Made by a program: the position numbers and the translations under genes | Assembly: GCA_963169045.1 (NCBI GenBank) | Contig: CAUJDF010000075.1 | Coordinates: 16,689 to 80,688 of the forward strand | DNA: 64,000 nt | Direction of reading: 5' to 3' | From: Myxococcota bacterium | Lineage (GTDB): Bacteria > Myxococcota_A > Bradymonadia > UBA7976 > UBA1532 | Shown here: piece after piece, positions 42,950 through 51,111 of the stretch | Layout: each line of letters begins with the position of its first letter | How positions within the stretch are numbered: the first letter of the stretch is position 1 | The notes under the pieces: generated by a model | What the model was told of the DNA's origin: nothing | Seen by the model: only the letters and a program-made list of their open reading frames with translations | Database searches by the model: none

Positions 42950-43809
42950 CGCGCGGGGGGCGCGCTCTCCTCGCCGGCCGGCGGCGGCGGGGCGCAGCCG
43001 CGGAATCGCTCGTCGTCGCCGCCGCCCTCCTCGAACACGACCTTGCCGAGGAGCGCCTGCATCTCCGCCAGGTGCCCGTCGAAGTAGGCGGCTGGCGCGC
43101 TCAACGTCGCGACGAAGAGGCTGGTGCGCCACTCGTCGTCCTCGAGCAGCTGGGTCCGGTCGTCCTGGTTGAGGGCCCCGCGCCCCACCACCAGCCGGAC
43201 GCGGCGCATCACCGCCTCGGGGTCGACCTCGAGGTGATCGAGGTCGATGAAGTCGAGCGTCGCCCCGACGGCGGGCCGCCCGCCCACGGTCGACGTGTCG
43301 AAGGTGGACTGGCGGACCGCGAAGCGCCGGTGGACCTCGGCGCCGCTGGCGTGGCCCGCGTACGCGAACGCCGCCCAGGTGGACCAGGTGCCCCGCATCG
43401 CGTCGATGCGGCGGCTGAGCAGCACCTCGAGCGCCAGCTCGGCCGTCGTGGGCCGGGCGGCGATGGAGACCAGCTTCATCGTGGCGCCGGTGCGGCGGTG
43501 CTGAAGCACCAGGCTCTCGTTCTCGTTCTCGTGCGCCCAGGCGTCCTTCCTCGCGTCGCGCGGGCGCTGCGGCGCGAACTCGGTCTCGGTCCGCCACTGC
43601 CGCGCGCGCCAGTTCGACACGAACCAGTCGTCGTCGACGAAGATGCGCCGCCCCTCCACGCGCGTCGTCAGCGGCGCCCGCCAGCAGGCGGTGGGCTCGG
43701 CGAACTCCTTGGCGCCGTTCTTCTCGGTGAACGTCGGGCGCTGGCTCGTCACGCATGCCGTCGCGCCCGCGAGCAGGGCCGCTGCCGCGATCCGGTTCGC
43801 TCCCCTCAT
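42946..43809 (-). CDS. lipoprotein of unknown function (first gene of the EBP/kinase operon)
   Basis: MRGANRIAAAALLAGATAC lipobox. Balanced composition. No motif recognised. Confidence 0.65.
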   Translation of the reverse strand: MRGANRIAAAALLAGATACVTSQRPTFTEKNGAKEFAEPTACWRAPLTTRVEGRRIFVDDDWFVSNWRARQWRTETEFAPQRPRDARKDAWAHENENESLVLQHRRTGATMKLVSIAARPTTAELALEVLLSRRIDAMRGTWSTWAAFAYAGHASGAEVHRRFAVRQSTFDTSTVGGRPAVGATLDFIDLDHLEVDPEAVMRRVRLVVGRGALNQDDRTQLLEDDEWRTSLFVATLSAPAAYFDGHLAEMQALLGKVVFEEGGGDDERFRGCAPPPPAGEESAPPAR

Positions 43810-44006
43810 GCCTCCCCCCGGCCGGATGTGACGGCCCTGGTATCACGCCCCCGGGCGGCTCGCCAGGGCGGCGGGGCGGCGGGCGTCGGGACGTCGCGGC
43901 GGCGACTTCCTTTACTTCGGCGGCGGAACCCGGTCTGAATCTCGCCCATGCGCTCGTCCGGCACCGACGACCTTCGGCGGCGCGCGCCTTCCTCACGGGG
44001 GGCGCC

Positions 44007-44363
44007 GTGAGCCCCCTCGGCGTCCAGCTCCTCGCCGACCTCCACGCGTGCGACGCCGCCGTGCTCGACGACGTCGAGGCCGTGCGCGCCGCGATGCTCG
44101 AGGCGGCGCGTCGCGCGGGGGCGACCATCGTCTCGGAGTGCTTCCATCGCTTCAGCCCGCACGGCGTCAGCGGCGTCGTGGTGATCGCGGAGTCGCACCT
44201 GGCCGTGCACACGTGGCCGGAACACGGCTTTGCGGCGGTGGACCTGTTCACCTGCGCCGACGACCTGCGCAGCGATCACTGCATCGCGTGGCTGGTCGAA
44301 GCCTTCGGCTGCGGCCGACACACCACGACGCGCGTCGAGCGGGGGCGCCTGCCGGCGCCGTGA
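44007..44363 (+). CDS. speH: S-adenosylmethionine decarboxylase proenzyme (class 1, pyruvoyl)
   Basis: IAESHLAVHTWPE (self-cleavage Glu-Ser site and signature), DLFTC. GTG 44007 chosen to give the usual ~118 aa. Confidence 0.8.
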   Translation: MSPLGVQLLADLHACDAAVLDDVEAVRAAMLEAARRAGATIVSECFHRFSPHGVSGVVVIAESHLAVHTWPEHGFAAVDLFTCADDLRSDHCIAWLVEAFGCGRHTTTRVERGRLPAP

Positions 44364-44390
44364 AGAGCGCCGCGTCGGCCGTTCGCGCCG

Positions 44391-45551
44391 TCAACGCAGG
44401 CCGGCGCGTCGGCCGTGGCGCATCATCAGCCGGTGCTCGATGGCCACGAACGGCGCGATGTGCGGGACGCGTCCGCGCACGCGCTCGCCCTCGTCGGCGT
44501 GCCGGCGCAGCGTCTCGAGCGCCGACTCGGCGAACGCGCGGTCGCGCACGCAGGCGCCGAGCTCGTCGTAGACGCCGTGCGAGAGCGGCGTGAAGTTCGC
44601 CGAGCCCACGTCGACCACCTCGTCGTCGATCACCGTGATCTTGCTGTGGATTTCGGACGGATGCAGCACGATCTCGAGGTGCGGCGGCGCGCCCGTCTCG
44701 CGCGCCACGTAGTCGAGCTCGCGCCGGTTGAGCCAGCGCAGGATGGTGGCGCGGCGGCCGGTGACGAGCGTCGTGCGGACGCCGCGGCGCACCGCGCGCA
44801 CGAGCGCATCGCTGAAGCGGCGGTCGCCGAAGTAGGCCATCTCGACGACGAGCGAGCGACGCGCGGCGTCGAGGAGCGCGAGGCGGTCGTCCCGCATGGG
44901 GCAGGGGCCGACGCCGTGGGCGGCGCGGTCGTGCAGCAGGAAGTCGAGGCGGCGGCGCGGGTCGAACGGCGCGCGGCCGGCGCGGCGCTCGCGGTAGCGG
45001 CGCACGGCGTCCTCGCCGTCCACCTCGAGCATGAAGTCGAGGACGCGGTGGCGCGCGTCGTCGCCGATGCCCATGCCGCCGAAGAACAGGCGCGCGTCGT
45101 CGAAGACGAAGGCCTTGGCGTGGTCGAACAGCGCGCGATCGTGGCGCACGTCGATGTGTTCGTGCGAGAGGAGCGCCGTGGCGAGCGGATGCGTCGGCTG
45201 GTGGCGCCAGCGCGGTCGCAGCTCGTAGGCGGCGCCGAGGAAGGCCGTCTCGAAGCGCGCCCGGGCCGACATCTCCGGGTGCAGCAGGCTGCGCCCGCCG
45301 CCCTCGTAGTACTCGTACGAGGCGGCGTCGCGGTCCTTGGCGATGCGCACGCGGACGCCGCGCCCGGCGGCCTCGAGGAGCGCGCGGGCGACGGCGCGGC
45401 CCGTCTCGTCGTTGCGCCAGACGTAGGCGCGTACGTCGACGCGGTCGCGCGCCTCGCCGATGCGCCGGAGCAGGTGGTCGAAGGCGGCCTCGCCCGACGT
45501 GGCGAGGCGCAGGCGCAGCGGTCCGTTGGCGTCGAGCTCGATGGGGGTCAC
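44391..45551 (-). CDS. phospholipase D / cardiolipin-synthase-like protein (two HKD motifs)
   Basis: HAKAFVFDD and HSKITVIDDEVVDVGSANF. GTG 45549-45551 is preferred over the ORF start at 45659, which would overlap the divergent gene. Confidence 0.75.
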   Translation of the reverse strand: MTPIELDANGPLRLRLATSGEAAFDHLLRRIGEARDRVDVRAYVWRNDETGRAVARALLEAAGRGVRVRIAKDRDAASYEYYEGGGRSLLHPEMSARARFETAFLGAAYELRPRWRHQPTHPLATALLSHEHIDVRHDRALFDHAKAFVFDDARLFFGGMGIGDDARHRVLDFMLEVDGEDAVRRYRERRAGRAPFDPRRRLDFLLHDRAAHGVGPCPMRDDRLALLDAARRSLVVEMAYFGDRRFSDALVRAVRRGVRTTLVTGRRATILRWLNRRELDYVARETGAPPHLEIVLHPSEIHSKITVIDDEVVDVGSANFTPLSHGVYDELGACVRDRAFAESALETLRRHADEGERVRGRVPHIAPFVAIEHRLMMRHGRRAGLR

Positions 45552-45640
45552 CGCGGCATCCTGCCCGGGCTCCGAGGGCGCGGCAAACCCCCGGGCAGTT
45601 CTCCGCTGACTTCGTGCGCAGGAGCGCCCATGCTGTCGAC

Positions 45641-47200
45641 ATGTGGCGCCCCCTGGCACTCCTCCTCGCGCTGCCGTCCGTGGCGGCGGCGCAGAACGTC
45701 GTCACCGATCCGTTCCCCGGCGTGCGCGTCACCGAGCGCGTCGCCGACGGGCAGCGCATCTACATCGTCGCCGTGGACCTGTGCCAGGCGGGCATCGCGG
45801 TGCGCGGCACGCGTCCCGAGGAGCGCGGCGCCACGGTGCCCGCCTGGGCGGAGCGCGTCGGCGTCGACGTGGCCGTCAACGGCAACTTCTTCACGCCCGG
45901 CAACTTCGCCGAGATCGACGGCTGGGCCGCAGGCGACGGCCAGCGCTGGGGCGGCGCGGACCACGGCTACGTCGCCGCGGTGGCTTTCGGCCCGGGGCGG
46001 GTCGACACGTGGGCGCACGAGGAGGAGCTGGGCCACTTCTGGGGCGACTGGACGCAGCAGATCGTGAGCGGGCACCCGACGCTCGTCGCCGAGGGGCAGG
46101 TGCGCGACAACCAGGGCGACGGGACGCTGTGCCCGCGCCACCCGCGCACGGCCGTCGGCTTCAGCGAGGACTGGCGCACGCTGATCATCGCCGTGGTCGA
46201 CGGGCGGGACGCGCCGTCGGCGGTGGGCATGACCTGCCTCGAGCTCGCTCAGGTCATGGCGTTCATCGGGGCGCGCAACGCGGTCAACCTCGACGGCGGC
46301 GGGTCGTCGACGCTGTGGATCCGCGGGCGCGGCGTCGTGAACCGCCCGTCGGACGGCCGCCCGCGCACCGTGTCGACGCACTTCGGCGTGTACGCGCGCG
46401 GGCAGGGGGCGGCGGCGCACTGCATGCGTCCCCAGGCGCCCTGCGACGCGCAGCCCGACTTCCGTGGCTGTGACGGCAACTTCATCACGTCGTGCCATCA
46501 CACCCAGCTCGACCGCGGCGACTGCGGTGTGTTCGGCCTGACGTGCTCCGATCGCGGCGGTCCCGCGCGGTGCGTCGATCCGCGGTGCGCGACGGGCGAC
46601 CGCACGTGGTGCGCGACGCCGGCGGTCATCGGGACGTGCGCGGGCGACGTGTACAGCGAGGGGAACTGCGGCATGTTCGGTGCGTCGTGCGGCGAGGACG
46701 CCGCCGGCGCGTTCTGCGTGCACCCGTTCTGTCCGGCGGCCGATGGCACGCTGTGCGTGGACGAGCGTGTGTTGCGCACGTGCCGGCGCGGCCAGCTCGA
46801 GGAGACGGCCTGCGCCGCGGACCGGGTGTGTCGCGGCGGCGCGTGTGTCGATCCCGACGCGCCGCCACCGCCGGATGCCGCGACATCGGATGCGGCGCCG
46901 CCGGATGCCACGGCGCCCGATGCCACGGCGCCCGATGCGGCGGTGAACGACGCGGCGGCGCCGGACACGGCGCTGGCCGACGCGGCGGTGGCGCGCCCGG
47001 ACGCCGCGCCGGCGGCGCCCGACGCCTGTGGTGGCGGAGCGTCCGCCGAGGGCGGCTGCGGATCCGCGCCGCCGGAGGCGCCCGGCGCCCGTTACGTGGA
47101 CCAGCAGGGGGGCTGCGCGGCGGTCGCGACGCCCGGAGCTCCGTGGATCGCCGCGCTGCTCCTGCTGGGGCGCCGCCGCCGGCGGGGAGCGCGCGCGTGA
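45641..47200 (+). CDS. phosphodiester glycosidase (NAGPA/DUF2233) family protein with a Cys-rich domain and MYXO-CTERM tail
   Basis: Signal peptide LALLLALPSVAAAQ (alternative GTG start at 45614). NAVNLDGGGSSTLW motif. Tail GGCAAVATPGAPWIAALLLLGRRRRRGARA. Confidence 0.8.
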   Translation: MWRPLALLLALPSVAAAQNVVTDPFPGVRVTERVADGQRIYIVAVDLCQAGIAVRGTRPEERGATVPAWAERVGVDVAVNGNFFTPGNFAEIDGWAAGDGQRWGGADHGYVAAVAFGPGRVDTWAHEEELGHFWGDWTQQIVSGHPTLVAEGQVRDNQGDGTLCPRHPRTAVGFSEDWRTLIIAVVDGRDAPSAVGMTCLELAQVMAFIGARNAVNLDGGGSSTLWIRGRGVVNRPSDGRPRTVSTHFGVYARGQGAAAHCMRPQAPCDAQPDFRGCDGNFITSCHHTQLDRGDCGVFGLTCSDRGGPARCVDPRCATGDRTWCATPAVIGTCAGDVYSEGNCGMFGASCGEDAAGAFCVHPFCPAADGTLCVDERVLRTCRRGQLEETACAADRVCRGGACVDPDAPPPPDAATSDAAPPDATAPDATAPDAAVNDAAAPDTALADAAVARPDAAPAAPDACGGGASAEGGCGSAPPEAPGARYVDQQGGCAAVATPGAPWIAALLLLGRRRRRGARA

Positions 47201-47242
47201 GCGCCGTAGTCGGGGTCGTCGACAGCCTTCGGAAGTGAAGCG

Positions 47243-49189
47243 TCAGCGGAGCTGCGAGCGCAGAATGGTCATCGTGCGCAGCTCGCGGCCGCCGCCGTCG
47301 ATGATGCGCGCGACGATGCGCGGATCGTCTCGGGTGGTGTCGAAGTCGAGCTGCATGAACGTCGGCGCGGCCTGCGTGCAGTAGGTCTGCGCGGCGTCGG
47401 GCTCGGCGGCGTCGCGGCCCGGGCACGTGCCCTCCTGGTGCGTCGCGAGGCCCGACGACACCAGCTCCGGGATGTCGTAGTGGGCGCGGTGGATCCACCG
47501 GAAATGGCTGCGGTGGACGTCGCCGGCGAGGAAGACCACGCCTCCGATGTCGTTCGCGCGCAGGAAGCGGAACAGGCGGTCGCGCGACGCCGGGTAGTCG
47601 AGCCAGGTCTCCCCGCCGCCCCGGCTGAAGATCGAGCCCGACGCGATCACGCGGAACGTGGCGGTCGAGCGCCGCAGCGCGTCCTCGAGCCAGGCGTGCT
47701 GCCCCGCGCCGAGGATGGAGCCGCCGTCGGTCCCGGGGCGGTCGCGGTGGTACCGGTCGTCGATGAAGAAGAAGTCGACGTCGCCGTACGACGTCTCGAA
47801 GAAGACGCCGCGCGTCTCGCGCGTGCCGTAAGCGGGGTTCGCCCAGTAGTCGGCGAAGGCGCGCAGCGCGCGGTCGCGGCCGGCGGCGTGCCGGTCGCTG
47901 TTGTTGCCCGTGAAGTCGTGGTCGTCCCACGTGGCGAGCGTCGGCGCGGACGCCAGGAGCGCGGCGCGCGCCGGCATCTCGAGCGTGCCCCGATAGCGCC
48001 ACCAGAGCGCCTGCAGGTTGCCGGTGTTGCCGTAGTGGTTGTCGCCGAGGAAGAGCATCAGATCGGGGTCGCGCCGGTCGATCTCGGCGAAGATCGGCTG
48101 CGTCGGGAAGTTCGTGTCGTTGGCGCACGAGCCGAACGCGACGCGGAAGGCGCTGGCGGCGCCGGCGCGCGGGGCGGTGCGGAAGGTGGCGGCGCGGCCG
48201 AGGCGCGTGTTCCCCACGTGCACGTCGGCGGTGTAGCGCGTGCGCGGGCGCAGGCCGTCGAGGTCGAACACCGTCGTGTAGTCGTCGCGCGGCGACGGGT
48301 AGCGCGGTCCGAAGGCGGTCGCCGGTCCGCCCGCGGCCTCGGCGACGTGCAGCGTGACGGGCCGCGTCGCGTCGGTGCGGACGAGGACGCGCGCCGTGTC
48401 GGGCCCGACGGCGCCGACGAGCGGGCCGTGGGTGAGGCGCGACGGGTAACAGGTGGTGCAGCCCGCGTGCAGGCCGTCGGGATCGCGCCAGCGCGTGCGC
48501 TCGCCGGGGCCGTCGCCGATGCGAACGGTCATGCCGTCGCGGCAGTGCACGGCCTCGCCGTCGAAGCGCACCTCGACGCAGGCGGGCTGCCACGCGTCGG
48601 CGCCCGCGGTCCAGCGCAGCTCGACGCGGTCCACGTCGGCGCGGGGGAGGGCGACGTCGTCGAAGTGGTAGACGTCGATCTTGCCGCGCCGGAAGTCGTT
48701 CACGTCGGGCACGTCGAGCGGGAAGCAGCGGGCGTCGTTGAGGCACAGCTCGACGCGGATGCCGTCGGAGCCGGCGTTCTCGCCGCCGCCGGTCCGCACG
48801 GCGAAGGAGAGGCGGTCGATCGTATCCGGGAAGTCCGGGCGGTCGTCGGGCGCGGGGGCGGCGTCCGGCGCCCCGTCGCCGGCGGCGGCGTCGACCGCGG
48901 CGTCGCGGGCTGGCGCGCTGTCGGGCTCCCAGGCGTCGGCGGCGGGCGCGGCGTCGGCGGGGCGCGCGTCGGCAGGACGAGCGTCGGCCGCGCGGGCGTC
49001 GTCGACGCGCGCGTCGCCGGCACGGGCGTCGGGGTCGCGGGGGCGGGCGTCGCCGCCGGGCGCGGCGTCGCCCTCGGGCACGCACCGGTCACCCGCACGC
49101 CGCGTGCCGTCCTCGCACCGCGGCGGGTCGTCGGCGCAGCCGGTCAGCAGCACGAGCGAGGCGAACGGCACGGCGAAGAGGCTGCGCAT
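47243..49189 (-). CDS. PhoD-family alkaline phosphatase/phosphodiesterase lipoprotein with an extra PLAT/LH2-like N-terminal beta-sandwich
   Basis: Lipobox LVLLTGC. PhoD metallophosphatase motifs FGSCAN, LFLGDNHY, WDDHDF, FLAGDVH. Confidence 0.85.
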   Translation of the reverse strand: MRSLFAVPFASLVLLTGCADDPPRCEDGTRRAGDRCVPEGDAAPGGDARPRDPDARAGDARVDDARAADARPADARPADAAPAADAWEPDSAPARDAAVDAAAGDGAPDAAPAPDDRPDFPDTIDRLSFAVRTGGGENAGSDGIRVELCLNDARCFPLDVPDVNDFRRGKIDVYHFDDVALPRADVDRVELRWTAGADAWQPACVEVRFDGEAVHCRDGMTVRIGDGPGERTRWRDPDGLHAGCTTCYPSRLTHGPLVGAVGPDTARVLVRTDATRPVTLHVAEAAGGPATAFGPRYPSPRDDYTTVFDLDGLRPRTRYTADVHVGNTRLGRAATFRTAPRAGAASAFRVAFGSCANDTNFPTQPIFAEIDRRDPDLMLFLGDNHYGNTGNLQALWWRYRGTLEMPARAALLASAPTLATWDDHDFTGNNSDRHAAGRDRALRAFADYWANPAYGTRETRGVFFETSYGDVDFFFIDDRYHRDRPGTDGGSILGAGQHAWLEDALRRSTATFRVIASGSIFSRGGGETWLDYPASRDRLFRFLRANDIGGVVFLAGDVHRSHFRWIHRAHYDIPELVSSGLATHQEGTCPGRDAAEPDAAQTYCTQAAPTFMQLDFDTTRDDPRIVARIIDGGGRELRTMTILRSQLR

Positions 49190-49328
49190 GGCGGCCATCC
49201 TCGCGGCAACGCTTCGCCGGGCGCAAGCTCGCGCGCCGCCCCCCGTCGCCGGGCCGGCGCGATCGGCCCGGGGCCCGTTGGGGCCCGTGGACGGCCTCGG
49301 GTGGACGCCGGCACCGACGTCGAACATC

Positions 49329-50234
49329 ATGCGCGCCATGTTCAAGAAGGTCCTGAAGTGGGTGGGGCTCGCGCTCCTGTTGGCGGTCGTGGGCGGGAGC
49401 GGCTAGGTCTACTGGCAGGTGCGCGCCTTCGGCCAGAGCATGGAGAAGGTCTACGACGTGCCGGCGCCGGCGGTCGCGGGCGGCTCGGTCGAGCGCGGCA
49501 AGCACGTCGCGGAGTCGATCGGCGGCTGCGCCACGAGCGACTGTCACGGGGTCGACCTCGCCGGCGGCAAGTCGATCGACATGGGTCCGCTCGGGACGCT
49601 CACCGGGCCGAACATCACGCCGGCGGGCAAGGTGATGGCGGGCTACACCGACGGCGAGCTCGCGCGCCTCATGATCCATGGCCTCCGGCGTGACGGGCGC
49701 TCGGTCCGGTTCATGCCCGTGCACGAGCTCAACTGGCTGCCCGACGAGGACGTCGCGTCGGTCATCGCCTACGTCCGCGCGGCGGCGCCGGTGGAGAAGG
49801 CCGACGGCCCCTTCGAGCTCGGCCTGCTCGCCAAGGTGCTCGACCGGCAGGACGCCGTCGTCATCGACGTCGCGCGGCGCGTCCCCCACGACCGGCGCGA
49901 CACGGCGCCCGCGCCGGCGCCCACGGCGGCCTACGGCGCCTTCCTCGCCAAGGGCTGCATGGGGTGCCACGGCGCGACGTTCTCCGGCGGTCCCATCCCC
50001 GGCGCCCCCGGCCACCTCGCCGTGCCCACCAACATCACGCCGCACGAGACGGGCATCGGCGCCTACTCGTACGAGGACTTCACGAAGCTGCTCGCCACCG
50101 GCGTGCGCCCCGACGGCCGCAAGCTCGATCCCTTCATGCCCTTCGAGGCGCTGGCGAAGATGGACGAGGTCGAGAAGCAGGCGCTCTGGGCCTACCTGCG
50201 CAGCCTGCCGCCGAAGGCATTCGGCGGGCGCTGA
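49329..50234 (+). pseudogene. membrane-anchored c-type cytochrome (CMGCH plus CATSDCH) interrupted by an in-frame TAG at 49404-49406; the intact part is ORF 49419-50234
   Basis: ORFs 48681-49406 and 49419-50234 are in the same frame. The reading is MFKKVLKWVGLALLLAVVGGSG-TAG-VYWQVRAFGQSMEKVYDVP. Without the upstream piece the cytochrome has no export signal. Confidence 0.6.
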
Positions 50235-50454
50235 CAGCGGCGGGCGTCCACGTTGGCGACGCCTCGCTCGTCCGGCGAGGCGATGCCGGCGTCTTGCGGC
50301 TCGCCGGGCTCCTGCCCGGCGCGAGCCTTCGTCAACTGGAACGCCCGCCGCTGTGAGCCGGCAATGGGGGCGGGCCGGGCGCACCGACGCGATCCCCTCC
50401 AGCTTCTTGCCCTTCTATTCGCGAGCGCCCTCAAGGCGGCCACCCCGAGGAGAC

Positions 50455-50470
50455 GTTAGAAATGTTAGAA
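50455..50470 (+). repeat. AT-rich direct repeat GTTAGAA-AT-GTTAGAA just upstream of the pilin SD
   Basis: Read directly. It is the most AT-rich 16-mer I saw in the window, 27 nt upstream of ATG 50497. Confidence 0.5.
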
Positions 50471-50496
50471 GGTGGTGCCGCCGAGGGGAGAGCGGG

Positions 50497-51051
50497 ATGC
50501 GCGGTCTGTCGAAGATGCGGGGGCGCGAGGGCTTCACCCTGATCGAGCTGATGATCGTCGTGGCGATCATCGGCATTCTCGCTGCGATCGCCATCCCGGC
50601 GTTCGTGAAGTACATCCGGCGGTCGAAGACATCCGAGGCCACGGTGAACGTCCGCAAGCTGTTCGACAGCTCGGTGGCGTACTTCGAGGCGCAGCACTCC
50701 AACCGCGACGGCACCCTCCTGCCCCGCCAGTTCCCGAGCACCGCGGCGAAGACGCCCGGCGCTGTCGCCTCGGCCTGCGACGCCGGCACGAGCAGGAAGA
50801 TCTCGCCGGTCGCCGCCGCGTGGCGCGAGGCGACCTGGCAGGCGCTGAACTTCTCGGTCGACGACCCCCACTACTACGTCTACAGCTACGACTCGACCGG
50901 CACCGGCACCGACTCGGCGTTCACGGCGCGCGCCAGCGGCGATCTCGACTGCAACGCCGCCGAGTCCACGTTCGAGCGCGTCGGCAGCGTCGACGACCGG
51001 AACAATGTGAACGGCGGCGCGGGTCTGTTCGCGGCGAACGAGCTCGAGTAG
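50497..51051 (+). CDS. type IV pilin (PilA-like) with a prepilin N-methylation signal
   Basis: [34 protein letters not shown] class III signal. C-terminal Cys pair (ACDAG...DLDCN). SD GAGGGGAG. Confidence 0.9.
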   Translation: MRGLSKMRGREGFTLIELMIVVAIIGILAAIAIPAFVKYIRRSKTSEATVNVRKLFDSSVAYFEAQHSNRDGTLLPRQFPSTAAKTPGAVASACDAGTSRKISPVAAAWREATWQALNFSVDDPHYYVYSYDSTGTGTDSAFTARASGDLDCNAAESTFERVGSVDDRNNVNGGAGLFAANELE

Positions 51052-51111
51052 CCCGCGCCGATCGCCGATCCCGCCGGGTTCACCGCGCGCGTCCGGCGGA
51101 TCTCGGCGCCT

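Noticed and set aside
39251-43087. A 1278-aa plus-strand ORF, plus other Arg-rich ORFs such as 39274-41364 and 38894-40393
   Set aside because: Extreme Arg/Pro/Ala content (runs of RRRR), with no start context. They overlap the kinase and EBP genes, which have complete catalytic motifs.
45552-45659. The longer N-terminus for the PLD-like gene (ORF start at 45659)
   Set aside because: It would overlap the start of the divergent NAGPA gene (45614/45641), and the extra residues are Arg/Cys/Ser-rich and unlike protein. The GTG at 45549-45551 gives a sensible N-terminus. This remains uncertain.
49404-49406. The in-frame TAG as a pyrrolysine or other recoding signal
   Set aside because: No pyl genes or PYLIS-like context are visible, and the lineage is not known to use Pyl. 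A point mutation (TGG to TAG) or a sequencing error is the simpler explanation. It is kept as a finding only for verification.
50337-50352. TGGAAC-N5-CCGCT as the pilin sigma-54 promoter
   Set aside because: The spacing is right but both elements are weak, and it is 160 nt from the ATG. It is mentioned under the pilin finding but not called as a feature.
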